Shown: positions 1-13,100 of the stretch, piece by piece
Position numbering within the stretch: the stretch's first letter is position 1
Layout of the letters: every line of letters begins with the position of its first letter
Assembly (NCBI GenBank): GCA_000934665.2
Contig: KZ538519.1
Location: 1-64,000 of the forward strand
Origin: Catajapyx aquilonaris
Taxonomy: Eukaryota
Length of the DNA: 64,000 nt
Direction of reading: 5' to 3'
Notes under the pieces: model-generated
The model's input: only the letters and a program-made list of their open reading frames with translations
What the model was told of the DNA's origin: nothing
Databases searched by the model: none
Program-made: the position numbers and the translations under genes

Positions 1-3000
1 CTATTTATGTGCAATTAATTTATATTTCGTCATTTCCATATTCTCAACTGGGAAATATCAGGGTGAGCGAAATATTCTGGGTTTGGGCAAGTAGGTCCTA
101 TAACTCAATATCCAGCCTGCTGCCTGCACGCAAAAAAATTCCGCAAAAAAAGAGAGTTCCCAATCGCTCTCAAACTGTCACCAGCCAATTGCAAATGCAG
201 GCTGGTCGCGTTTGAAACATTGGCCTGTAGAGAACAATTGTAATGGAAACTGCATAGGACATTGTCATTCGGAGAAATCGCAAAACCTGCGAGGGTGATC
301 AGCAACGTTAGGAACTCTTATTAATCCCTACTTTAGAAGCCCCCCTCCATGTAAAGTGTCATAGCAGCCACTGGCTCAGCCGCCATTGCGACACTAAAAA
401 AAAGTTTAATAAATATATACCCCGGCATATAATTCGACACATTTTACAAACCTATAAACACGGGGGGCGGGGGATTTCATTGTGCTCTTTTACGATACGC
501 ATATCCTTAGCCCCGGTTCCTCTCTCAACCCCCCCTCCGACATCAACATGATTACAGTCGTTAAATCCAGCTTAACGCACATTTATCGGTAGGCAAGGCA
601 ACAATCTTCATAACGAGCGTGTTACTTTGTCCGAAACAAGTGCCGGCTCTGTACAGATATTGAGAGAGGGGGTGGGTGTGTGTGTGCCGGCGCGGAGTAA
701 ACGAGAAATAATTAGGCGCCGGCTGCCAGGCGGAAAAATGGCCCCCCCAATTAATTCGCCAGCACCTACTACACCATTCTACTGGCAAATAACTCGTTGG
801 AGGCCTTGCATCTATGCCAGGCTCTCATCTGCAGCACTCGCCTCGTAAATATGAACAGCTCATGCAGATCCATATCCTAGGGATGATGGCGCTTCGTTGA
901 AAGCCGGGTTGGATAGTTTATAACCGACACAGCAGCATCCCAGAACACATATTTTCATTACGCGTGCTTCATGTTAGATACTCAATATATTTAATGTCGT
1001 TCATGTCTCTTGAGTCCAGCCGTTTCCGTGGGGGCAAACTGCCTTTCAAAGATGGCCGCTTCCTATCCATGTAAAAAGGTATAAGGGGGGCAAAAAGTCC
1101 GGTTCCCTGTGAGCTTCACCAAGACAGCCCAGCAGAATAAGGGGAGGGTTTACCGAAGTCAGTGCGGAATTCCGGTGCCCCCGGGTCTTCCCTTGGACGG
1201 AAGCAGTCCGTAACTCTCAAGTAATTTCCGCCACTCGGAACGCACAATACGGAGCGTTGCCCCCTTTTCCTTCTGTGTACTTTTTTTCCTTCCTTTCTTG
1301 TATAGAGTGTTTGGTGCGCCCGCCTAAACATCGCCTATTCACCACCCTCTCTCTCACTTTTTTTTGAGGGGACCTTTCCTCCCCTCTCTGGAAAACTCAA
1401 GTTATTGTCATTTTCAGTGGGCGTAAATCTCGCGTCACCTCCACTTCAGAGCCCACTTGAAGATTGACAACCCGAGCGTGACTGCAATACAGCCCTTTTT
1501 TCCATGAGAAATGGTACGCAGACTTGGACACCAGTTGACGCCAAAGAACCAGTGCATTGAGAGCCTATCATGCGTGACACCCAATCTATACAGGATGTTT
1601 CATAATTGGCCATCATATGTGCGAAATCACTGGAGAAACCGACACCCCACAGCATATATAGGCATAGGATTTCCCCCGGATTTCCCCCCCTAGCACCGAA
1701 AATTCCCATGGTGATTACGCCCCTCTCCACGTTAGCAGAAATCGTGATGGTACAGTTTGGCATGTTGAAAAAACGGTACCGCACAGCCGTGCTCCATCTT
1801 TGCTCTGCAGCATCTCGGCAGCACTTTATCCGCTGTCTCATCTGAAACCAGGCCCCGGCTCTAAATGAGTTAGAGGCTGGGGTTTTCCACGCCCGGCGGA
1901 ACGTTGTATCGAGCTGTCTGCAATCAAACCCGGAAAGTCAGACGACTACTCTCGATCAGGACCGTTTTTAGTCCCGACCTAAAAACCGGGGTGGCAGACG
2001 CGATTAACATGACCGCAATTAACTCTCCCTCGAGTTTCCTTTGGAAAAGCCTTTAACGGATCAAAAGTCGCCGGGATACTGCCAAGGTGTGCTCCAAAAC
2101 CAAGTGATGAGAAACTTCGCACTCTTCATCAGACGATTTAAATTGCAACTATATATAGAAAACCCTCGCTTCGCACGCAGTTTTCTAATGCCTGCAGTTA
2201 TATAGAGAAACACTCGGGTTTTTCTATATAGTTGCAATTTTGTGAGCACAGGGTGCTGCATGTTCAAGTTTCAAGTTGGAGTACACAATCCATTCGCAAC
2301 CATTTTGGGACAGTGCGCCAACCTGTACACTCACTCACATGCGTCCAAAAATTAGTATTAATTAATTTATGCTAAACCAATGTGGTGCGATGGATCGATA
2401 AATATTGCATTAAACTGGGCGGTGCGAGTAATTAAAAATAATAACAAATTCTGCAAAAAGGTAAAATACGTGATGAAAATATAGAGCCAGTTGGCTGTTT
2501 ACTGCACAATATTTTCACACCTATACAATGTAATAATGTTGAGAAATAACAAATGTTCCTCTTTTTGAACAGTTTTGTTCTGCCACGTGTCAGTTGCTAT
2601 ATGAGCTATACTTCATTTTCAACATCCACACCACTATGGCATGTACACAATCGATGCTTATTGCAGCAAAACTAGCCTATACCCTCAAAATAAGCTGCAG
2701 AGGGAATAAGGCAATGGGAAACCAATAAAAGCAAAAGTTGCTATCCCTCCGCATAAATAAGTCGTCTCCTCTCTCAGAAATTCAATATTCTTCTCACTTC
2801 CGCACTCCCAGTCATAATACAGTCCGCATAGGCCCAATATCTAATTAAATACTGCTGGGAGGAGGAGGAGGAGGATGCCACCTATATATACCCCACACCC
2901 ACCAATCGATTCCTCCAGCAGCTAGTGGCACTTTCATTTACGATCAATCGATTAATCGCGCTATCACCATTTCCGCTGGGATGGATCCGGGAGCATGATA

Positions 3001-5469
3001 TTGGTCAAGTTAATTCCAGGGGCCTCCTGCTAATTGCGAATTTTATTCTCCCTACTTCCACACACACACACACCTAGAAAACGGTCCAATGTCCTCGCAA
3101 ATGAATTCCGCACTGGAAAAGCACTTGGCCCAGGCTTCATTTTCTTTTAACTCCCAGCCCTCCGGCAAGCATAATTGCTCCGATATTATCATCAACGCTC
3201 TTCAGACAATCCTCTTTTTATTCCCAATTGGCACAACTATGCAAACAACCCCCTTTTTGTTTCCTTCTCTCTCTTTTTTTTTGTTAAACTGTGTGCGGTT
3301 TTGCATTTTGCGCTTCTATTTCCTCATAGTGCTGCTTCCATCGGGTGTGTTTTTCCCGAGTCCGATGCTGTGACGTCACGAGGCGCGCTCGGGGATTAGC
3401 CGCTTAATAGCGTTTGAAGTAGAGAAGATAAGCGCGTGTGGAAAACAAGGAGGTGGGGATGATGCCCCGGAGTGAGGCCAAATGGCGCGAGCGGGGATTT
3501 CTATGCAAATAGGCCGCGCACAAACATGATGGTGGCCAGCTACTGTTTGTTTTGCCCAAAGATCCACGCCAGGCCCGCCGTGTAAACTCTGCCCGACGGC
3601 GGATTTGGCGCTGCCATACCCACGGGCTTTTTTTTCCCCCTCTCCCCATTCCACCTCACCCCCCTACCATCCTCTCCGATCTAGTGTTTTTTTGCAACTC
3701 ACCTGCATCCTCACTGGGTTAAAAGCAGTGCGGAGACGGCAGGGTGCTCAGTGGTAAAAATGCTAAACGGGGTAGGAAAGTCAACAATGTGGGGGGGAAC
3801 TATCCAGCAGTGTTTTTCAGGTATTCGACAACATTACGTGCCACGTATTTTTACATCTGCCTCCAACCTATAAGCAACAAGAAAATGCAACATTGCATGT
3901 GCATGGATGCAGGAAAGCTCCCAGAAAAATTGCGCAAAAAAAATAGTGGCAAGCAGACACCAATTTTCAGGTTATTGTAGAAATTCCCCTTGTTCTCAGC
4001 AGATACATTTCTATTGATGACCAACCCGAATGGTGGTCACCCTGAGAAAATTGAGACCTGTAAAACCAGAATTTGAAGAAATCCCTATGCAAGCCCAGTA
4101 GAATCGTGAGTTTCGACGATAACCAAGGATATGCCCAATAATCCTTGAAGATTATAGAAGTATATCCACTACAGACTAGGCGGCGAAGGTTCAAGAGAAC
4201 TCAGTACACTCAACAATCGAGTTCATTAAATTCTCGAGTATATCATGTGCAAATTCATCATTTGGCAAGTGAAACATGTTGCTGCAAGCTGTTTTTTCAA
4301 TTATACGCAACTCTTTTAAAGGCTTCATTTTCAATACATTATGTCTTTGAGAAATAAGAGGCCAAAGGCACAACACTTCAATATTGTGAAAACTAAAACA
4401 TCAAAAGTATAGGCTGCCGAAGATTGTTATTCAAACCAATGCCCAAGAGAAAAATAGGCAGAACGTTGTGGTTAAGATAACAAAAGATTAGCAAACTTAT
4501 TTCCAGTTCTTGCCACGAGCAAGGTCTTGCGGCAAAGTTCAATCGCGATTGTTTAATTAACGTTCTGCTAAGACCATCACACTATATGTAGGCCAAGTAA
4601 GCATGACAAGCACCAATTTTGAAGCCAAGTACTACCTTGAAATTACGTGCGCAACAATAAAAAGAATTCTATGTTAGGACAACCCACACATAAGCATGAA
4701 AATCACCAATTTTCCATGAAGTTTTGTCGGGAATGGGCATGTCTTGGTGAATGCCTAAACATTTGAGAATATTTGCGAACCACAGTGTGTCAGCTTGTTG
4801 AATTTTTAAAAATCCACAAGGTGGACCATGGCCAGTAAACTATTTTAGAATTCCGGGGCTTGCTCCTTTTATTCTCTGTTTATTCTCCAGTGTTACAGCA
4901 CCCCCCAAAATGGCGCAGGGACATTGGGGCACTTGCTCGAAAGACAGCCATCTTTGGCCTCTCTCTCTCTCCCCCCTTTCCCACACTTCCCCTCGGCTTG
5001 TAAATTACTACTCCGCTGGCCCCCCGGCACGAGTCCCTTTTAATTATTTTACGATTCCCGAGCTCGGTCACCTCCTTGTCAATCCTGCCGAGCCACCATT
5101 CCAAACCCCCCCGCGTTGCACAATCTCCGAACCCAGGTTGCCGAATTGCACCTGTAAATAAATTGGCGATAAGAATAAATCACGGGGAGTGTGTGTTTCA
5201 CGAGTGTCACCATCGTGTTTAGGTATTCGTCTGGTTGAAACGGGTCTTTTTTTGCAAAACCGGAGCTGGGGGTCAATGCCAATGACTTGCCGTCGACTTT
5301 CAACCTTGTGCAGCTGCATCGCTGAGGGCAAAAGCGCTCCGGAATCAATTTCTTCTGGCTCGACTCTGCCTCGCCCACATTTGCATTTATACCTATCCCT
5401 TCTTCTTTTTTTTGGGTCATCTGGTGGTTGTCGCCTTTCGGTTCTGATATGCAATTGACAGATCGTGGT

Positions 5470-5506
5470 ACTCACCTGAAAGGAGAAAAAGAGGGTGTCG
5501 TTAGTG
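5470..5506 (-). other. Candidate recursive splice site (ratchet point) 2
   Basis: Minus strand CACTAAC-gacaccctctttttctcctttcag|GTGAGT: consensus branch point (5506-5500), polypyrimidine tract, AG at 5477-5476 and donor GT at 5475-5474. Confidence 0.7.
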
Positions 5507-6826
5507 GCTGTGACAGGTGCATATTATGACAGGTTTTTCTTTAGACAGGGAAAATAATCTGCACTTTATGAGACCCACATACGTATGGTTTCACGCACTC
5601 TAAAAACGATATGGCACATACACAGACCTCCCCAACTCCATATGACCTTCACAATGCCCACTGACCTACGAAAGCCATCATCCTTAAAAATCAGCCTGAA
5701 TTCCCCCTCCTTTATTGACACCACTTGTAAGTCGACGCCTGAGGCATGCATTTAAACTGTTTTCTTCTGGCGCCGGCTGAACACACCAGCTCTGCAGTTA
5801 GTATAGTAGCCGTACTGCTAAAGCTACCTTTTTTCTCTATCTTTCCACCCACCCCCCACCTTCCATCACCTCCTTTTCCAACCTTGGAAGCCCGGAGTTA
5901 AAAGGGAGTGGAATTTGGCGGCTCCCTCTGGGATCCGGAGACCTCCCCAAAAACCCTTCTTCCAGCTCTTAATTACAAACCTCCCGCCCCTCTTTAACCT
6001 GGTGAGCAATTTTCCCACAGGTAACCATATCCTTTAATCCCGGCTCCTTTTTCTCCCATTCCACTGCCTCAGGCCCACCTGCTACCTTTTCTACTCTCTC
6101 TAGCTCCAACCCTCCCCACCCCTCCACACACCCTTGCCTTGGGGAATTAGGCTTCCATCTTTGCCGCCAATTGATTACCAGATGGGAGGGAAGAGGATTT
6201 TGAGAGAGGAACCTGGAAATCCCTTAATCGCTTCTAAATCGATCTGTACGCCCTGAATACAAGGGGTTCACTCTACAAACCGGGATAACTAGGGATGTAC
6301 TTGCATATTATTAGTTAAAGGATTGCTTACTCGATAGGCACCATTGGTGTCCCTGCTGGACACAGGGTGGAATTTTCAGTTCCACTGCTATAGTTACTGA
6401 TGACTTAGAACTGGTAGAGCTAAGTTAGCAGATAGCAGATAGCAGTGGGACCTAAAAGACTGATTGGATTCACGTTGCCCTTGCTCAGGGACGGTAACAT
6501 TGTATATGAGCAAGGCAAAAGTGAAACCAGCGGGGGGATGTAACGGTACACTGGATGACTGTGGTACTAACTAGTCGCCAGCCATTCTGGCATCTGGTCC
6601 TCCTCCCACCCTAGTGTCAAACACAGGCTGCTCCACCTTGAACTGTTCTAGGCAATAAGCTGGCCCCTTAAAAGTCAGTAACCTTCTTAACGCAGTAGGG
6701 GGTTCTCTACGTGTTGGTGTTTTCTCAGGGCGTCCTAAAGTGCATACGTCGCTATTGATAAAAATAATGCTAGTGACTCCATCGTCTGGCCATTGAATCG
6801 TCCAGATGGTTTTCTGGAGAGATGCT

Positions 6827-7117
6827 CTCTCTAAAAAAATAAGAGTTAAATTAACTCTTTTAAACCTTGAAAGTGGTCATTACCAAAAATGAGTTATAAT
6901 AACTCTTTGCTGGAGTTCAAACAACTCTGTTAGTTCATTTCATCCTCCGAAAGAGTTAATGAATAACTCTTTCGGAGGATGAAATGAACTGAAAGAGTTG
7001 TTTTAACTCCAGCGAAAGAGTTATTATAACTCATTTTTGGTAATGACCACTTTCAAGGTTAAAAGAGTTAAAAAGAACCCAACTTGAGTTTTTTTAACTC
7101 TATTTTTTTTTAGAGAG
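6827..7117. mobile_element. Foldback/MITE-like non-autonomous DNA element, nearly palindromic along its whole length
   Basis: Ends CTCTCTAAAAAAA / TTTTTTTTAGAGAG. Arms pair through ccttgaaagtggtcattaccaaaaatgagttataataactcttt and its reverse complement to a centre near 6961. Internal AAGAGTT/AACTCTT subrepeats; possible 2-bp CT target duplication. Confidence 0.75.
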
Positions 7118-10100
7118 CTGAGACCATCGGTAGGTCACCCTTTAACGGTCGCTGTGGCAACATTGGGGTCCGGTGGGGCCAGTGTGGGAACAGGGCCTCC
7201 TCCACAAACCTCCTTCCCCATAAAAGCTCCGGCGCCTATATGGGTTCTGGTGCCTTCAAGGAAGATGGGGGAAGACGACCAAAAAAAATGGAAAAGGGGG
7301 GGCAAGGTGGCGTAGGGGAAGNCCCCCCCCATTCCCTCCGAAAAAAAAAACAGCTTTCATAAATTCCTGGTGTTTATCGCGAGAGGATTCCATGCTGTAT
7401 ACGCCACCGGGGAACCTGTTTCCGCCACGTTGCCAAGGTGGAACCGGATCGATTGTTGTCGCAACTGATTGGCACGCCTCTGTAATTATAGGCGGTTCAA
7501 AGGAAGAGACATGCCCGTGCCCCCCTCCTTCCTACCCCCCCTCTCGAAAAAATATCCGGGGTGGAAATGAACAACGGGGCTTAATTTTGGGAGAAGGGAA
7601 TCGGAGAAATATTGATGTTTCTATCGGTGGCTGGAGGTTGCAGGGAGGAAGAACCGAGAGGGGATGGGAGGGGGGAGGGGGGGCAGGAAAACTTTGGAGC
7701 AGTTTAGATAATGGCTGCGGTTCGTAGAACAGTGATTTCCGGGTAAACTTTAGGCAGTTTGCGGGCACAAGATATCGGAAACTATGCGAGACTATTTAAT
7801 GCCGCGAAACCGATTGTATATCTTAAAAACTGCTGGTATTGGGAGGGCGGTGGGAGGAAGTAAAAGTGAAATCGGATAAATTACAAGGGGGTATTGTAGG
7901 CCTACTGTGGTCCACGGGCAAGGGAAGGAGGAGGAGGAGGAATATAGGAAGGGGGCAGACACCTGGGGTAACCTTGGCCCCCCGCAACGGGGGGTGGGGG
8001 GTTGAAGGCAAGGGAGGGCCAGGGAGAAGGGCGCGAGGTTGCAACATCTGACTTCAAGAGACGTACCGTTCCAGAAATTCCGACTGTAGGTTGGGTACAA
8101 ATGACAAAAGGGACGTGGCTCATGCTCTATTGGGGACATGTCATCACTACTCAGAACCGCAAACTATTACACAAAAAAATGCGATGGAAACGAAAAAAGC
8201 AACATTACATTTTTTTAAAAATATAAATAATCATAATCGTTGACATTTTGTCACCGTGCATTCTGCGGACAACCTCAGCCGAATGACGGACAGCTTATCA
8301 TTGTTGCTCCTTATATGAACATCGCCGCTTCAATTGCACTGCTAAAGGACGGTAATTAAGGCTGCCAAAGTGGACTTAATGACTCAATCTGGCGCCGCTG
8401 TTTATAATGTCTACCCTGTTGATCAAACTGGTGTATCTAGGCATGTGGGAGGTGGTCAATCTGACTTGCTGATCACATTGAAACTAACCCTCCCCCGAAA
8501 TTGTTGGGCATATGCCGTCATTCCCGTATCGATCACTGTTCTGATGTAAATTCCCACGTCTCCTCAACTTTCTCCACCCAACCCAAACCCAACCCAACCT
8601 TTCCCCCCACCCCCTTTTCCCTCAGCCGAAATTTCCATGGCAAATGCAGGGCTTCAGGTCTTGGGTCGCCATCTCCATCTGCTCCCTATACTCCTTCCGC
8701 ATCAAACTTTGGCTTTCGCCGGTTGTGAAAATGTTCTTTTCAGAGTAGTGTATGTATACTGGAGGGTATTTTCAAAATTTGAAGTATATACCAGACGGTA
8801 TTGTCCAACAGAATGGAGCTAAGTGAATTTTGATAATGAATGCAACATATTCAGTTCACATATGCTCCTCTCCAGCATATGCTCCTAAGAATGCCTGGTA
8901 AGCAGCAGCCGTCTGGTGCAGGCTGCTATTTATAGGCATCTCGTCCCATCTTTTTTTTTTGCTGCCCATTCCATGCTTAATGTAGAAATCATTATGGGAT
9001 ATATAGTGAGAACAGGAATGGGCGCCCTGATGGTTTAGAGGTCAGTTCAAATCGTGACCGAGTTCCTGCAGGATTTTTCGAGGGAACCGTGGGAAACTTC
9101 CTCCCGCAGCCTTCATCTTTTTACGCCACCTCCTTAATCCCAGGTAAGGGTACACAGCACACAGGCTCTCTGGCATCATAATAATAAAGGCCCTCCGATT
9201 CGGCAAGCCCGCACGACTGACTGGCTGTGCTCGGGAGATGAGATGGGGGGAAAAACTAATTCATTAAAAAAAATGTATACACTAAAAGTATAATGCGACC
9301 GATTCCGCAGCCATGCAAAGTTGTGTGCGATCTGACCATTAAGAGAGGGGGGTACGGCCCAAGGTAAATCGATGACAGCTGCTGTATCATTGGGTATTAG
9401 CACCGAGCTAATCAATGCAGCCTACCATTTTCTCACATCTTGTAAGCCAGACACGCCATTTAAGAAATGCATAATGATCCAACATGAAAGGAACAGTAAT
9501 TCAGCCTATACGTTCTGCTTATTATAAAAAGCAGCATTGAAATAATTGCCAAATTTTCTGCAGGCATCGTTGGACCACTCTGTACCTGCCTCTCCATACG
9601 TTCAATGTGATGGTGATGATATAGGCGAGTGAGAAGGGGCTTAAAACCGGGGGCTTCAATGAGGTGGAATGAACCACCATTGTTGCGCGTACTACACTAC
9701 ATGATACTCGTGTGTCAACTGCTCTAACCACTTGCTGCTAACGATATTGGAGGACATTGGCACATCTAGGGTGTACTGTAGTACGTCCGGTGCTCCATCG
9801 AAAACGCAGCCGGTACATTACGTGAAGTACTGTCCTGAACGTGCTATACCATGATGGCGAAGTATCCCTCTTCTAGTACATCAGCGGCCTGTGAACGTTT
9901 TTTAACCCTCCATAAACGTAACGCTTCCCGTGCACTCTATTTAGTGATGATACTGCCGATAACCTGTCCGCATATCCTCGAATATATAGATGTAGGTTAA
10001 AAAAACATTTACATAAAACAAAAATGTCAAGTTGTCATGTTGATGTTATATGTCAGTCGCTTTGCCGCATTACAACTTGTCTCTCCCGCGGGTGCCTTTC

Positions 10101-13100
10101 ATTCGTCTCTGTTTCTCAGTACTTTGCTATACTATATAGTAGTACACATCAAAGGTATACAGCTCTCCACAATACGCTATACTGAAGCAGCGTACGCTCG
10201 GCAAATACGACCAAAGTCGATCCGAAAACAAGAATTTACGCTACAGCCCCCGGGGGCTTCAAAAATTGTTAGAGTGTTTCCTCGAGAATATGTGTCGCAA
10301 CCTGCTACTCACAGGTGCGGATTCCTGTTGGATTCAGTCCAACGAACCACTAGCTGGCACATAATGTAAACAACGGCAAGGCCAGTTACATAATTTTCTG
10401 CCAGCGAAAGGGTTGTGCTGCCAATGACCTGCCATCATTACCATACTCTTCTTCAAGGTCTTTTTTTCTCCGGCTTGGTACAGCAGCGACGTGATATTTT
10501 TCTCCGTACGTAGCTCCTGCGGCATCTCGCAAAAATATTCATATACTCGAGCTTGTATAGTGCTGCACAGTAAAATAAATTCGCATACACTCGAAAAATG
10601 TGGCTATATAGAAAAAAGGGCACGGCTTGGAACTAGGGTCAATGGCCACCGTTTTTCAATTTCACATTCAGTCTTCCTCCCCACCCCCTTTTTTTACCCT
10701 GGTATAACTCCCAAGCTTTTTATTAATTCGTTTGAAGTGTTTTGTTAATTTTCCGGCCAGGCATTGTGTACGTCTACGAGCCCAACAGGGCTTTCGCGCC
10801 GAGTATTGAAAATGCACGAGTTATTCCCGTACCTCCCTAGGTCCTTTATGCCCTCCTACTTACTGTATTTCCACTCCCGGTACAATTATCATTCTTGCAT
10901 GTAGAGTGGGCGGACTTTTGTACTTTTTTTTTTTTGTGAATGTGTACCCCAAGGGGAAACTGCCATTGTGCCTGCTCTTTACATACATTATGTGCGCTGA
11001 CTTGCTTACACGGTCATTTTCGACGGAATTGGCACCGAGACTTTGCACACACTGTACGGACAAAGCGAGCGAGAGGAGGAGGGGAGGTGGGGGGGGGGGG
11101 GGGGGCGAATCTNGGGGGAGTTAATTTTAACCAGAAAAAAAACCTTGCAGAACGGATATTGGCGCTCTTTTGTTCCTGTCATGCGTTATGCACGGGACCC
11201 GCAAAATTAAAATAAAAAAGTTATATTGCTTTCAAAGCAGGGTGTGTTTGACTCGGTGTCAATCACGCGATATCTGGAGTGCCACGAGTGGTAAGGTTGG
11301 TAAACACAATACGGCCTGTGCGCCTGAAGAATGACGTGCTAACCACACCCATCTCTACGTCACTGGTCGGCATAATATGCGGCGGGGCTTTTAACCAATC
11401 AAAACTGACCAGGGTGACGTCAGAGTCGTTCAGCTCGCCTTTTAACCAATCAGAGCATTTGTTCCTGAGGTTGATCCATAATCTCTTAGAAGGCCGAGAA
11501 TAAGATGGGAAAAAAAATAGTTCAGTGTACAATTATTTCAATTACAACATATTAAAACGTCCGGTGATATTTTTCTTTTAAATTAATTAGTCCAAGAGTC
11601 ACAAGAAGAAGGAAAGCTACATTCAGTCGTTAGGCTTGGCTTCCTTTTCGCATTCATTATAATCAAGCATGGAAAACGTCCACCCAGGGAAATACGATAA
11701 TTACCGAGAATTAAGTTGCGGCACTTGCACCTGCCTACCAGTCACCTTCTCTTCCTCTCTTATGCGTTGTTGAGTCCTTACAAACTGAATCTTTTCCCTC
11801 AATTTGGGTGCATACAACCATAGGCTTAAATTGCATCACTTGGTTAATATATGCATATTAGCCTACAATTTTGTTGAATATATGTCAGCAATGACCTTCC
11901 TCATCTTACGTCCACTCTTAACCCCCTGCAGGCAAATGAATAAAGTCGGTGAATGAAAAGAAGATCCTCTAAAAGGCCCAAGGAGGTCTATCACGGGGTA
12001 TTCATTATCATTATAAACCCCCTGCAAGATCCGTGACTCGTGACGCACCAGCTTCAACTATAGGCAATTATTATGCAAATCCGCAACATCCAGATCCAAC
12101 AAAAAATCTGACTCACTTTTCTGCACAAGCCTGTACCCGCACCTGTGCAACACCCACAGTTGTTGCGAAAAAAAAAAAATCAACGACCTCGCCATGCGTC
12201 GACCTTGCACCAAGGTTGCCAGCTCCATCAATGACTTTACTCTATTGTATATCCAACTATTTTTCACGGGTTTCCCTCCGCCAAAAAGAGTACACTAGCC
12301 CCAGTTTCAGTCTGCTTCCCCCCCCCCACCCTTCCCTATATACTCCCCATCACACCCCCGCCCTTTTTGCCGGCCCTCGGGGGACNTCCCTCTTTTCCTA
12401 ATGAAATAAATGCCGGCAGTGCGATGCTCAATACGCGCCGGGACGCTATATCCACTTTGTATGCTAACGATCGCTGTTGGAGCAAATCTCCTCGGGAAGA
12501 GAGAGACTATTGCGAGGGCTGCCACGGACAAATGCAAACTCTGCCCAGACGGGCCCCCCTTCGCAACCACACCAGGTCACAAACCTACCCCTGCTTCTGA
12601 TAGGGCTTTTACGCAAAAAAAAAGAGAGCCAGAGAGAGAGAGAGAGAGAGAGAGGTATCGATTCGCGAATTTCCTCTGATAGAAGCATCAACGCAGATCC
12701 GGGATAATAGCTGTTAAAAGTCATTTCAGAATAGGATCAGAAATTCGCCCGGATATGTAGATTACATCGAGCTCGCACCAGGACGATTTTCAACTCGTAT
12801 ATGATTAGGATATTCATCAATATATGTGCTTTTAATCACAAGCAGCAGCTTTTTTTTCACTCTTTCTCTATTTAAAATAGCGTCAAATTATATTGGAAGT
12901 AACTTTCCGTCGATTAGAGTATACCGCAGATATTTAAATAATCAAGTGGAAAAACTACTTCAGAATTGGACTCAATTGCTATACGAACAATTTTTTTTGT
13001 CAAAACCATCAGATGTACAGACACCTTAAAATGGACCAAAAATCAGGTGTTACAGTATACATTTACATAAAAAAATTATTGGAACTGCAAACTGTTTGGT

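Noticed and set aside
6010..6026. Plus-strand ttttcccacag|gtaacc (similar weak cases near 3814 and 9133)
   Set aside because: Antisense to the host gene, with weaker donors or pyrimidine tracts. They show the background rate for AG|GT motifs.
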